48,166 bases of DNA from Sminthopsis crassicaudata. Taxonomy: Eukaryota. The stretch spans positions 141,898,996 to 141,947,161 of the forward strand of contig NC_133618.1 of the NCBI RefSeq assembly GCF_048593235.1. The letters are read 5' to 3'. A model generated the notes under the pieces. That model made no database searches and was not told the DNA's origin. It saw only the letters and a program-made list of their open reading frames with translations. The translations under genes were made by a program, and so were the position numbers. This document shows, one piece after another, positions 34,671 to 46,253 of the stretch (positions are counted from its first letter, which is position 1; every line of letters begins with the position of its first letter).

Positions 34671-36607
34671 TCAAATATATATTATGTAATATATGCAAAT
34701 GTATAATATATATATGCACTATGTGTCTGCATGTGTAAAATATGCTATTCTAAAATAAAGGAGATTTTGATCAAATATAAGTTTAAAAAAAGATTTTGTG
34801 ATTCTGTGGATCTAGAACATGATGGGACTGGCAGTACTGTAAGGTTTAGGTCACTGGTCTGCATGTAGGTTATGACTGGGAAAGTTTCTTAAGCTCTCTG
34901 AGGCTGTTTAGAATGGAGCTTTGTTTTTGCTTTTGTTTTTTATTTAAGCATCAAAGCCATCTCCTTGAGCCTCAATTCAAACCTAATGAGTTCACAAGCC
35001 AAGATCTAACTGTGCTAACTGGCTGTTAAGGATCATAACATTAAAGCTGAAGAGACTTCCCACTCCAGATCCAGCCCACTTCCTATTGTACCTCTTGCTT
35101 CAAGGGGTAGCCTTTGCTATGGCTTGCTGGGGTCTGAAGTGTTCCGAGATTACCTTCTGGAGAAGAGGCTCTGACTTCAGAGTCTCCTTGCTCTCTCTAC
35201 ATCCCCATCCCAAGCCAGCTCCCCAGCACAACAGAAGCCACGACTCTTTCTGGAGCTGGATGCCAGTTGCATGGGACCTCAAGGAAGAATGGATGAGCAA
35301 TAATTCAAGAGCTTTTTTTATTCCATACTTTTTAGGAAGCCTAACCACAGTCATAAATTGCATGCAGAAAGGACGACCGTCACCACAGGAGCAATTATCT
35401 TCTTAGAAGTCAAGCAACATAGATTAGAATGGAAATTATTCGGGATCTTCATCAGTCAGGCTAGAAATTGTTCAAGGCTCAGCAATTCACTCAGCAATTC
35501 ACTAAGATTTGTCACCAGGTCATTGATTTGGTTGTTTCTGTGGCCAATTATACTGTGTGTATGTGTACACACATGTTCATGTCCATTTGGGCTGCCCTTT
35601 GTTGAGCTTTCCATCCAAAGGAAAAAGCAAGGACTGCTTCAAGAGCCAATACACTCATCCACACTGGCAGGGGATTAGTCCAGACCCTCCTGGGATACAT
35701 GGAAGACTAGCTCTAATTTAGGTCATCCAGGTCCAAGCAGACCCAAAAGGGAGATCTCCACAGCAAACAGAATGCAGAAGAGATAAAAGAGCCATTCAAA
35801 ATGCTTTCTGGGGCTGTGGGGGAAGTCAAGTGTGAGGGCAGCAAGGATATGAAGCTGAGCAAGACAGAAACAAAGTGCCATCTGAAGAGATGACTCAGGG
35901 CCATCTGGAAAATGCCTTCCTGGGAATAGCCTCACCAGCCATTCTGGGCCTTTAGAATACCCCGACTGCCAGAATCTTAGGCAGCCAGCCAGGAGAGAGC
36001 AGCCCCCATTAAGCATACTGGCCAAATTCCCAGGATGATAGGCCACCAGATAGAGAGTCCAGGGTACCAGACTGCTATTCTTTCCTCTTCCATTCCCACT
36101 AATCATACCAAAGCACCCTCAGATGCTAGGGGAACCTCCATCTGCTCCCTGAGACAACTTGGCCCCAATTCAAGGACACATGGACTTCTTTGTCTCTTTT
36201 CTGTGCTTGAACATTCCCAGAGATCTGCACTCTCAATTATATGGGCATCTCCTCAAGCAGTGTAGATAGAGGCCCATTCACTCCTTGTTTTATGAGATTA
36301 TCAATTATACTTTTTATACACTACGAATTCTTTGGTTCACCATAGACTGTTCATAAATTGTAGTGTTAATGATTCATATTACCTTTCCCGACCTCTCCAA
36401 AATCCAGTGACTGAGATATTATGTCTCCCCAAAATAACTAAACAACAATTTAAGAGTTCCCTCTCTTCTCTGTACAATATTATACTTGAAGTATAAGCCT
36501 AATCCAGTACTTTGAGGAGAAGGCAAAAATTATGGGATCTCCATGATCTCCCTAAGATTTAATATCAATGGAACTTGGGGCAGGGGCATTAGGGATTAGG
36601 AAAGGTG

Positions 36608-36755
36608 AGAGAAAGATACAAAGACGGAGAGAGAGAGAGTTAGAGACAGAGCACTTAAGAGTCTAGGAACAGCCTGCAAGAAATAAATGCTTGTAAGTCT
36701 AGATGGAGGATGGGAAGAGTGAAAGAGAAAAGGAGACAGAGACACGGAGAGGAAC

Positions 36756-36797
<42 letters not shown>

Positions 36798-36918
36798 GAA
36801 AGAGAAAAAGAAAAATGAAGGAGGAACAGAAAGAGATGAGAAGATAATAGGAGAGGAAGAAATAAAACCAGAGGCAGAAGGACAGAGAGAGACAGAGACA
36901 GAGAGAGAATAAGAGAAA
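36608..36918. repeat. GA-rich low-complexity tract with (GA)n
   Basis: Direct inspection; explains ORFs 36655..37260 and 36703..36912. Confidence 0.93.
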
Positions 36919-37974
36919 AAAAGTGAGCTTGAACACGTGGGGGCCCAGGATACCTAAGGAACAGGCTGTAAGTAGGACATGAGAGTGTCTGAGCTGTGCA
37001 TTTCTGATTAGTGTCACTGACTCAAAATAGGTTTTCTCCTCTGAGACCTCCTTACCAGGCTTCTCATCAGCCCCCTGATTATCCAAGGTTGCCTCTGTGC
37101 TACTGGAAGGCAGAAAACAATGCCCACAGAGACCCTGAGGGAACAGTGTCCAAACACCCAGTACCCAACAGTCCAAGAGGGTCCCTACCCATGGGCTTTT
37201 CTGTGATGCAAAAGGCCTACAACCGAGTGCAGGATTAGCAAGCAGATCAGGAGGAGACAAGCCAGGAAGGAGTTAACTCCAGGACCCTCTCAGATTCTAA
37301 GAAGGATGAAATAATTGGTACTTCTCCAGGCTATCTCCTAGGGGAATAATGATCAGGAGAATGTCCTGTCTTCAGGATGTCATCAGCGTTTATCCTCCAG
37401 GGTCTGATGGTCTCTGGAGGGTATTCTTGGAGCCAGCTCCCTCCCATCCCTGGTAAGAACAGTTCCCAAGTGATTAAAGAAACACAAGAGCTGTTCTTCA
37501 ACCACGTGTTCACCCTAAGACTGGGCCTTCTCTGCCAGCAATTACTCATCAGCCTCCTTTCAAAATTCTTGTTCAACATAACATCACTATCAGGGAGGGG
37601 GTGGAGGTGGAGGCATTTCAGCTCTCAGAACTATGGAGCTGAATCATTACCAAGAAGGGTGAGGGACATGGCAGCCTTAAAAGCTATCTTGGGTTCCCTG
37701 TGGAAGGTCGTTAGGAGGAGTTAGCTCCTTCAATGTCTTCATTCCCACCAGGTTAGCATAGAAAATGACAAATCTGCCAGCTCCTGGCATAGCATGGTTT
37801 CAAACCCAAGTAATGGGGGGGGGCGCTATTGGTGGCCTTGGGCAATACCACGCTTCCTAACAGCAGGCACTCACTCACACTTTATTGTTGGTGGTGATGA
37901 TGGCAGTCACAGATCTGTCCCCAGTGGGGTATTCATCCCCCTTTCAGAAACTGCCTAGGAGAGACTCAACGACC

Positions 37975-38090
37975 TGAATGTCAGCTCTGGAAAGAATTTA
38001 ATGGATTACCCATTCCAATCTCTCACTTTATAGATGAACAAACAAAGACTCAGAAAAGGGAAGGTCCTTGCCCTGGGTAATAGAACCAAT
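37975..38090 (-). mobile_element. MIR3-like SINE
   Basis: gctctggaaagaatttaatgg...ctttatagatgaacaaacaaagactcagaaaagggaagg. Confidence 0.65.
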
Positions 38091-38762
38091 TAATACTCTT
38101 CTCCTTAAGATGCTTTTCCTCATTTTTAAAAATTTCTTTTCACATTCTTGGGAAACTAGAACTCATCTTTCAACCTACTCCATCCTCCAAGTCTCTCCTT
38201 CATGAAGCTGGCTTGACTACTCCAATCCACAGTGTACCCTCCCTTCTTTGACACATTTTAGCACCAAAAAAACCCAAATAAAATGAGAGTAGAAAAGATG
38301 GTCTTTTGATGGTCTTTCTACTTCCTGATGCCTCTTTTCTTCCTTGCCACCTCCTCAAATGAAGCCCTCCAATGAAGCACTTCCCTAGATGTCACATGCT
38401 TCAAAATTACCTGTTCCTCTGAGAAAGGAAGTTTCTGCCCAACCTCCACTCCCCACCAAAATTTTCATCCTCCCCAGAGACTTAAGTCCTCTCTAGGTTC
38501 TGCCCTCTCTCCCTCAGCTATTAGCAGAAAGCAACGATTACTCTAATTCACAATGAGGTGTGAATTACTGATTGTCTTCCCAGAGGAATCTTCACTTTAA
38601 AAGCTAAACTAAATGAATCCCTAATTGGTAGGAATCTGGCCAGTCACAAAAGAAAACTGAGGATATTTAGCTATGGAGAGAAGATACTTAAAGGTAGAAG
38701 GACCTTTTCCATGACTCTTAAATCATACCAATTGGTATCTGCCTTTTCATTAGAAGCAACTT

Positions 38763-39010
38763 GGGGAAGTTCGGTGGTGCAGTGGATGGGTGCTGTGCCT
38801 TAAGACAGAAAGATTCATATTCCCGAGTTCAAATTTGTCCTCAGATACTTACTAGCTATGTGGCGCTGGGCAAGTCACTTAACCCTGTTTGCCTCAGTTT
38901 CCTCATCCACAAAATAATCTGGAAAAGGAAATGGCAAACCACTCCAGGATTTTTCCCAAGAAAGCTCCAAATGCAGTTATGAAGAGTAGGACACAACTGA
39001 AAAACAAATG
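38763..39010 (+). mobile_element. Full-length MAR1-type SINE
   Basis: ggtggtgcagtggat...gagttcaaatttgtcctcagatac...aaggaaatggcaaaccactccag...gaagagtaggacacaactgaa. Confidence 0.92.
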
Positions 39011-39024
39011 GTCAAAGAAGCAGC

Positions 39025-39410
39025 TTAGTGCAATCAAGAGCAAACTGGATTTTTAATCAGGAAAGAACTGAATTCAAATTTCACTTTACTAGCTGTTTCA
39101 TGTCACAGTGGAAATGTCATAAGCTCTCAATAGCACTTGAGTTCAAATCCTGTTTTATAAAATTGAGAGCAAATTATTTAATCTCCTTAGTCCTTAATTT
39201 TCTCATCTGTGGGAATATAGAGTTGGACTAAATGGCCTCTGGAGTCAATGATCCTACAATCCTTGGTCAGGTCACTAAAACTCTTGGAGCCTCAGTTTAC
39301 TTCTCTGACAAATGAGATGATAATTCTTACTCCCTGTCTCAGGTTATAAGGCAAGACCTCTGGCAACTTTAGAGGATACTTTTTATGAAAATGTGAGCTA
39401 TTATGGCTCC
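39025..39410 (+). mobile_element. Tandem MIR3 and MIR SINEs
   Basis: ttttctcatctgtgggaatatagagttggactaaatggcctc, and gcctcagtttacttctctgacaaatgag. Confidence 0.7.
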
Positions 39411-39454
39411 AAGTAATGCCAGTCTAGATTAGTATCTATTTTTTGGTTGGTAGG

Positions 39455-39822
39455 TTTGTTGTTGTTCTTTGTTCTCAAGAAAACAAAAATGGCATCGCTA
39501 TGTTAGAATTGAATTACAGTGGGTCCAATTGTGGTTAATCAGACCAATACAAACTCAAATTACTCTGCCATAAATTGGACACAAATAATCCATAAGAAAA
39601 TTCTGTAATTTTGTGCATCTTGCATTTTTTTCTGGGCCAATTCAATTCTGCTTTGCTGATAGAGCATAGCACCTTCTCTGATGAGGGCACATCATGCTGA
39701 GTGGTACTGAGCCAGTGTCTCCCATGTCATGCAATCAATTCCAGAGTTCTTGAGATACCTCGAGAGGGCCCTTGATCACTTTTTTTGACCACCTTATGAA
39801 GGCTTGCCCTGTGTGAATTCTC
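39455..39822 (-). mobile_element. RTE LINE, 5'-truncated 3' end
   Basis: Antisense translation EFTQGKPS*GGQKK...KNSGIDCMTWETLAQYHSA*CALIREGAMLYQQSRIELAQKK matches the RTE ORF C-terminus, and there is a (caa)n tail. Confidence 0.9.
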
Positions 39823-40254
39823 ATTTATATATTTTATGCAATTACATATGTAATCTGTACCACTTAAGCATTGTTTTAATCATGTTTCCTTTTATATAAC
39901 ACCTTAAGGTTTACAAAGTACTTTGCATATGTTATCTCATTTGATAACTCTAATTGTCTCAAATTTGTCTTAGAATTTGATCATTCTAATTATCTCAAAA
40001 AAAAATCAACAAATTTATTAATTATTTACTCAAAACCAAGTGAAGCTTCAAATATAAGAACAAAAAAATGGCAGTGCTTTCTCTCAAGGAGCTGACAATA
40101 CAGAATAGGGAGCTAAAAAGATGGGAAAGGGGCGAAGTACTCCCACAAAGACAGGATGGCAAAGTCCAAAGAGGCAGAGGCAGAGATGGAAGAGGAAGGA
40201 AGGTTTTATGAAAAATGGAAACCTCACTATGATAATCCTCATTCTCAGTTAGTC

Positions 40255-40395
40255 CATATATTTATTAAGTGGTCCAGGCACTGTGCAAAGCACAAAAAAT
40301 ACAAAAAAAAAAAAAAGAAAGACAAACTATATTTCCTGTCCTCAGGAAGTTTATATTCTAATAAAAGAGACATGTGAATAGTAACCTATATGGAA
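40255..40395 (-). mobile_element. L2 3' end
   Basis: atttattaagtggtccaggcactgtgc...tcctgtcctcaggaagtttatattcta. Confidence 0.75.
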
Positions 40396-41315
40396 GATCC
40401 TTCCCCCAAAAGTGCCTTGGGTAGGAGTTTAGCTAATGGTCAACGTTAGTGACTTTGAAGATCCCTTAAAAATATATTTTAATCTTTCTTCAGAAACATC
40501 CATCTTCTAACTGAGGTAACAGTTAGCAAAAGTTTCAAAGGGGATTTGAGCTGGGCCAGTCAAGGCTGCCAACTTGGGTTTGCCTGGTTGACTCAGCAGT
40601 GTGAGTTTGTCCCTCCTGAATCTTGTTTGATGGGTTTCTTACAACCTCTGCAGCCTATCACGGTCATTTTTAATTCTAATCCTATTCTCCAAGGTGCCTC
40701 TTCCAACCTCAGTTTGGTGTCATCTATGAAATTAATGAGCGTGGTTTCTATTCCATCATGTAGTTCACTGCGGAAAACATTAAATAACCCAGAGCTTCAG
40801 ATTTTGAATTACTCCAAATGGCCTCTCACAACAGCCTTCAAGCCTTTTCTGTTTTGAAAGAAAGGCTTTCTCCCCGCTCCTCCTCCCCAAATTCAGCTCC
40901 ATTTCCTCCCCCTCTCCCAGCCCCTTGCACCATGGGCATGGTCTTCCTATAGGAGCAGGATGGACAAAGGGCCTTGTATTATTAAAACAGAATAAATGTT
41001 CCCTGCATCTATTTGCTACTGGTTATTTCCACTGCCACCCACCAAGTGATAGAAGACTATTTCCTCAGAGACCTTGGGGCTATGGCCTCAATCTTGGTTG
41101 GAAACTTTCCTTGATAGTTAGATACCCAAATCACCATGCTCAGTCCTATTTTTAAAGTGCAAGTACTCTCCTGCAGAGTGAGGAATTGTGAGATACAAAC
41201 TAAGACAGAGAAACAGAAAGATAGACAGATGGAGGAAGGAAACAAGAAGCATTTATTTAGCATGTACTGTGTGCCAGACACTGTGCTGAGTACCTCACAA
41301 TTATCTCGTTTGATA

Positions 41316-41820
41316 GATGATCAATAAACACATAGAGATAGATGGATACATAATAATAGATACAGATAAACAATAGAGATGGATAAATAATAATAGATGT
41401 ACAATAATGCAGTGATTCAAAGCAATGCCAATAAACTAGGAATGGAAAATGCCATCTGTATCTAGAGAGTGAACCATGGAGACTGAATGTAGTTCAAAGC
41501 ATAATATTTTCACCTTTGTTTGTTTTTTTTCATATTTTTCCTTTTTGGTCTGATTTTTCTTGCACGACATGACAGATATGGAAATATATTTAAAAGATGC
41601 TTAATAATATTTATTAATATGGAAATGTGTTTAAAATATGTGCAAAGAAATTGCACATATTTAATCTATATCAGATTGCTTGCTATCTTGGGGAGGGTGA
41701 GGTAAGGTAGGGAAGGAAAAAAATCTGGAACACAGAAGTCTTACAAAAATGGATGTGGAAAACTATCTTTATATGTATTTGGAAAAATAAAATATTATTG
41801 AAAATTTAACTAATAATAAT
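41316..41820 (+). mobile_element. L1 3' UTR of Australian-marsupial type, 5'-truncated, next to a MIR tail (41245-41315, -)
   Basis: ggaaaatgccatctgtatctagagag...ggagactgaatgtagttcaaagcataatattttcacc...aaaactatctttatatgtatttggaaaaataaaat. Confidence 0.88.
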
Positions 41821-42269
41821 ATAGATAGATAAATACAGATATATATTTTCCAACATTATTATCTAAATTCAGGTACACATCACAGTAACAGAGGAAAACT
41901 ATCCATTTTAATTCACAAATCTGGCCAGCTTCTCTGGCCCATGAAGAAAGCACAATCATTTATCCATTTCCAAGATAATCCCAAAGTAAGACTAGAGTTG
42001 CTTTCCACATAGCTCCCTGACACCTCAACTTAACTTCTCTCTTTCTTCCCTGAATCTCATGTTCCAGACATCTTGAATTAGACTCATCCCTAAGCAGCTC
42101 TTTTAAGTCAGGTTCCATACCCTGATATTTTTTTTCCACACCTTGACCTTTGTCAACCCAAAATTCTTTTATTTTTCTTATCCTGTTCCTAGAAATCTCC
42201 TTACTTCTCTGTATCTCTACCCCTTGCCTAATCAGGATCAAACTCTCTTCCTCTAGGAAAGAACCAGGG

Positions 42270-42585
42270 TGTCCTGGGCTGGAAGTCAGAACACCTGGGT
42301 TTCAATTGTGTATGAAATTGGACCAGTCCCTTCCATCTCTAGGGCTTAGTTGCCACATCTGGCTGGTAAATTATACTGTGGTTATCCATAATTAGAGTCT
42401 AAATCTAGGGACCTATTAGGAAAGAGAAGCAGTGAAGAACTTTGGAGTGAGAAGATCTGGATTCAAACTTATTTGTGTGATCTTGACAAATCACAATTTC
42501 TGGGGACTTATCTCCTTATTTATAAAATGAGGTTGTTGTACCAGTTGGCCTCTAAGGTTCCCTTCCAGTTCTAAATCTTCCCTCA
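42270..42585 (+). mobile_element. Tandem MIR and MIR3 SINEs
   Basis: ctgggctggaagtcagaacacctgggtttcaa, and ggattcaaact...ctccttatttataaaatgagg...ctaaggttcccttccagttctaaatc. Confidence 0.75.
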
Positions 42586-42769
42586 AATAATTGACTTCCA
42601 GGCTTCCTGAAGTCCCACTTCCTTGGGTAAATAGTGGACAAAGAAGAATCCAGCCAATAGCTTCAGAGCAACAAGGCCTGTCTCAAAGGCCAGAAACTCA
42701 AGCAGTAAAGACATCTACCTTCAACTGAGTGTCTAACATGGAATCTAATGGGCCTTCTTGCATTGTAAC

Positions 42770-43019
42770 ATCTTCATTCTCTCCTTCCTCCCACTCTTCC
42801 TCCCTCCTTCTCTCTCTGTCTCTGTCCCTCTCTGTCTCATCTTTCTCTCTGTATCTCTATCTCTCTCTTTCCCTTTCTCTGTCTCTGTGTGTTTTTCTGT
42901 GTATGTATCTCTCTGTCTCTTTCTTTCTCTGTCTCCCTCCTTTCCCTTGTCTCTCTCTGTCTTCATGTTTCTATATCTCGGTCTTTCTCTGTCTATCTCT
43001 CTCTGTCTATCTGTCTGTC

Positions 43020-43085
<66 letters not shown>

Positions 43086-43450
43086 TCTCTGTGTCTTTCT
43101 ATATGTATGTATTTCTCTCTGTGTCTCTTTCTCCCTCCCTTCCCCCCCTCTGTCTCTTTGTCTTTATCTCTCTCTGCCTCTGTCTTTCACTCTTTCTCTC
43201 TCTGGTATGTCTGTCTTTTTGTATATGTGTGTTTCTCCGTCTTGTTCCTTTTCTGTCTCCCTCCTTTTCTCCCCATTATGTCTCTCTCTGTCTCTGTCTC
43301 TCTCTTTCTCTGTGTGTGTCTTTCTGTGTCTGTGTCTCTTTTTTTCTCTCTCTCCCTTCCCCTCTCTGTCTCTGTCTCTGTCTCTGTGCCTTTCCTTCTG
43401 ACTCTCTCTCTCCCTCTGTCACTGCTTCTCCTTCTTTCTCTGCCCCTTCT
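42770..43450. repeat. CT/GT-rich low-complexity tract with (CA)n at ~43025-43083
   Basis: Direct inspection; explains the long ORFs 42729..43595. Confidence 0.96.
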
Positions 43451-43479
43451 CATTATCACTACCAACTCACACAGCCTCT

Positions 43480-43650
43480 CAATTTTACCTCTGTTATCAT
43501 GTATGGATTTATACTCTTGGTTATTTGAGTCAGTAAGATTCATGAGGGCATCAACCAATTCCATATTTAAATCCTGTATCTCCCCTAGCATATAGCTCTA
43601 CACACAATAGGTGTTTAATAAATATTTCTTAAACTGGATTGAATTTGTTG
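43480..43650 (+). mobile_element. L2 3' end
   Basis: gtaagattcatgagggca...cacaataggtgttttaataaatatttctt. Confidence 0.75.
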
Positions 43651-45064
43651 AATTTCTTACCCCCAATTTGCCAATGGCCATTAGCAAGTGTGCAAAGACA
43701 AGAAAGGCTGCAGCCAAGTGCCACGTTGCCATGGCAGCCCCATCCATAGCAAATGTCCGATGTGGACCAAGAGCTGAGAGTCTCACAGAGCAGCCAGCTG
43801 AGAGAATCTGACCAGACCACCATTCCTTGCCCAGTGCAGATGGAGGGCAACAGGCCAGGCATGCCAAATTCATGTAGGTCCTTGCCTTTTATTTAACAGA
43901 ACCATTTTACATTCATCCTCATGGGCAATGGACTATGCCCTAGCTTTATAAAATAAAAATAAAAGAAGGAAGTGGGAGAACAGTCAATGACCTGTCACAT
44001 CCCTCCACTCCTCCCATTTCTGCATTTAAACATTCTGCCAAAATTAATATCTTTATTCCTAAAACCTTCAATCCACGTAGGGCAAGTACTGTCTGCCTGA
44101 GCTGTACAGAGTGTGCGCTTCAGTCTTTATATTACCCAGAGGAACAAGCTGCTATTATGAAATCATTAAATTAATAACTTGGTAATATAGGCAGATATAT
44201 AAAACAATCTGTTCGTAGAACAAAAGAAATGACTACATTCCAAACATTCATAATTTAATTTAACATCGAATTAAAGTAGCATACATAACTTTAACCTCAA
44301 AATGTCAATAGAATTATGTAAATACAACACCAGACTCTAATACTCTGTGCCTGTGTGTGTGCATGTGTGCATGAGCACCCCTGTGCACGTATGTGCATGT
44401 TTGTGTGTGCCATTATGACCGCAAGGGAGAGAGAGAGGGTGCAAGGATGACATTTTCCTTCTGCCAGTCTCTCTCTCCTTCACAACCAAGAACCAATTGA
44501 CAGAAACAGATTAGGTGGCCAGCTTTTAATTAAGAATTTATTAAACATTCAAAGTGCTGTGGAGAAAAATAGCAAGTAAGTGTCCCATTTACCACTGGGA
44601 TTGGTGTAAGGAGTAAACATAGGGAATCACACAGGAAGCGTCAAAGGCAAAGGGAATCCCAATGAAACTGCAAGCTTCCTGTGGTCATGGAGGCACTTTC
44701 TCTCCTAGAAGGACATTGCTAGAGCCATTTGCCTCCTTCCATCGCTACTTCCAGCTCCCTAAGCCTTCCAGCTTAAGGATTTCCTAAAGATGCAACAATG
44801 ATGGAGACAGCTAGGAAACTACCATACTGGCATGATACACAGTGTTGGACCCACAGCATCCTTTACCTGAAAATGGGGATGCAAAATGGGATAGCACAAG
44901 GATAAGCAGAGATGTGCTCCTTAGACCAGCTGCTCCAGTGACCCCTGCACATTCAGGAAAGAGAAAACCAGCCTGTGAGCAATTGCCAGCTGCAGTCAGT
45001 AACTCAAAGGATGGCCGAGCCATGTCATAGCTACTGTACCATCAAGAAGTGGAAAAGGGTGAGA

Positions 45065-45225
45065 ATATGTATATGGGGCCTGCTGTGTGCCAGACAGTGT
45101 GCTAAACACTTTTTACAAATATTATCTCATTTGACTCTCACAACAACCATGGGAGGGAGATGCTATTATTATACCCATTTAGCAGATGAGGAAACTGAGC
45201 CAGACAAACTAGCTTAGGTCACATA
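45065..45225 (-). mobile_element. MIR SINE
   Basis: gtgccagacagtgtgctaaacactttttacaaatattatctcatttgactctcacaacaacc...cagatgaggaaactgag. Confidence 0.88.
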
Positions 45226-45874
45226 GATTGTTAAAGGGATACATTGCACAACCATGGCATGTGAACAAACGCACAAATGGTTACCAAATTCTACTTTAGG
45301 TATGCACCTGTTCCTACTGCCCTGATGGCAGGAATAGATTGGATTCCCCCATCCTATGAGCAGGTAACTCCACCTTATTTCCCTACCCCTCCACACACAC
45401 ATACACCCACCCCTTCCATTTGGACTTTAGAACCCCTCCCATAACCAGAGGCAGAACTCTGTGACATGCAGGTGCAAGGAGAGAGGACTGACAACTTCCT
45501 TACTCCCTACCTGTTCTGATCAGTCACCAAAAGTCAGATTTCTCACTGAATCAATGAAAAACAAACTAGAGAGGAAGAACACCTTCATCAATTTGAAAGC
45601 ATGAGAGGGGCTTTGGATAATTGGATAAAGCAGGTAAGACCAAACATAAAATGTGATTGGATGAAAAAGATCAAATCTTTCCTCATTGGTTATATATTTT
45701 TAGGAGCAAACTAATTCAGGACAAGTCAGGTGAGCAAGAGAGAATTTCACATCCAGGGAGCTGAAAATTTCAGGATCCTGGAATGAAATCACTCTTGGAG
45801 GAAAGAGATCTCCTTATCTCTCTTCTCCCTTGCCCATTGAACATATTACTGGGGAGATTGGACATACGTGTACA

Positions 45875-46253
45875 TGTAATGTTCTCCTTGATTCGGTTCC
45901 CTGGGGGTCTCTGGGAGCAGCCTTCGTTTCAGTTCAGTAATCACAAGTGCAGCCAGGTGTTAAAGTCCAAATCCTTTGTTTTCTCCTTCAACCTTTTGTC
46001 TCCTTTCCTGGGGCCTGGTTAGCTTTCTTAGAGGCCTGTCTCTCTCCTTGGTTCCAAGATCTTGAGCTCCTGCCGCCAGTCCTTTGTGTTCTCTGCCTCT
46101 GCCAGCTTGTTGAGGTCCTCCTGAATGTGTCTTGGTTTCTGTGGGGGAGGCAGGAGGATCGCCACCATGGTCTCTGTCTTCCAGTTCTGTCTCTCCGTGA
46201 GTTTGAGCTTATAAGCATTCTTATCATAGGTGTGAATCTTGTAGAACTATACA
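45875..46253 (-). mobile_element. Solo LTR sharing R/U5 with the LTR at 243-723 but with a different U3
   Basis: The reverse complement cttggaaccaaggagagagacaggcctct...aaaggatttggact...gtgattactgaactgaaac...cccagagacccc...gaacattaca aligns to ~525-715. Confidence 0.88.

Noticed and set aside
37331-37724. ORFs 37331..37579 (-) and 37377..37724 (+), and those at 35086-36265 and 13972-14332, as host genes
   Set aside because: I see no recognisable domains, the lengths are in the chance range, and there is no consistent exon chain.
37881-37886. Minus-strand AATAAA followed by GU-rich sequence as a gene end
   Set aside because: The GU run directly abuts the hexamer with no spacing for a cleavage site, a SINE lies ~90 bp upstream, and no linked exon was found.
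41330-41410. ~36-bp imperfect tandem duplication at the 5' edge of the L1
   Set aside because: This is GATA-like low-complexity slippage at a truncation point with no sign of function.
42729-43595. Longest ORFs in the track (288, 256, 170 and 134 aa)
   Set aside because: They are translations of CT/CA simple repeats (S/L/H/T or E/R/K runs), not genes. The same applies to the ORFs at 22315-22583, 26905-27197, 36655-37260 and 46819-47076.
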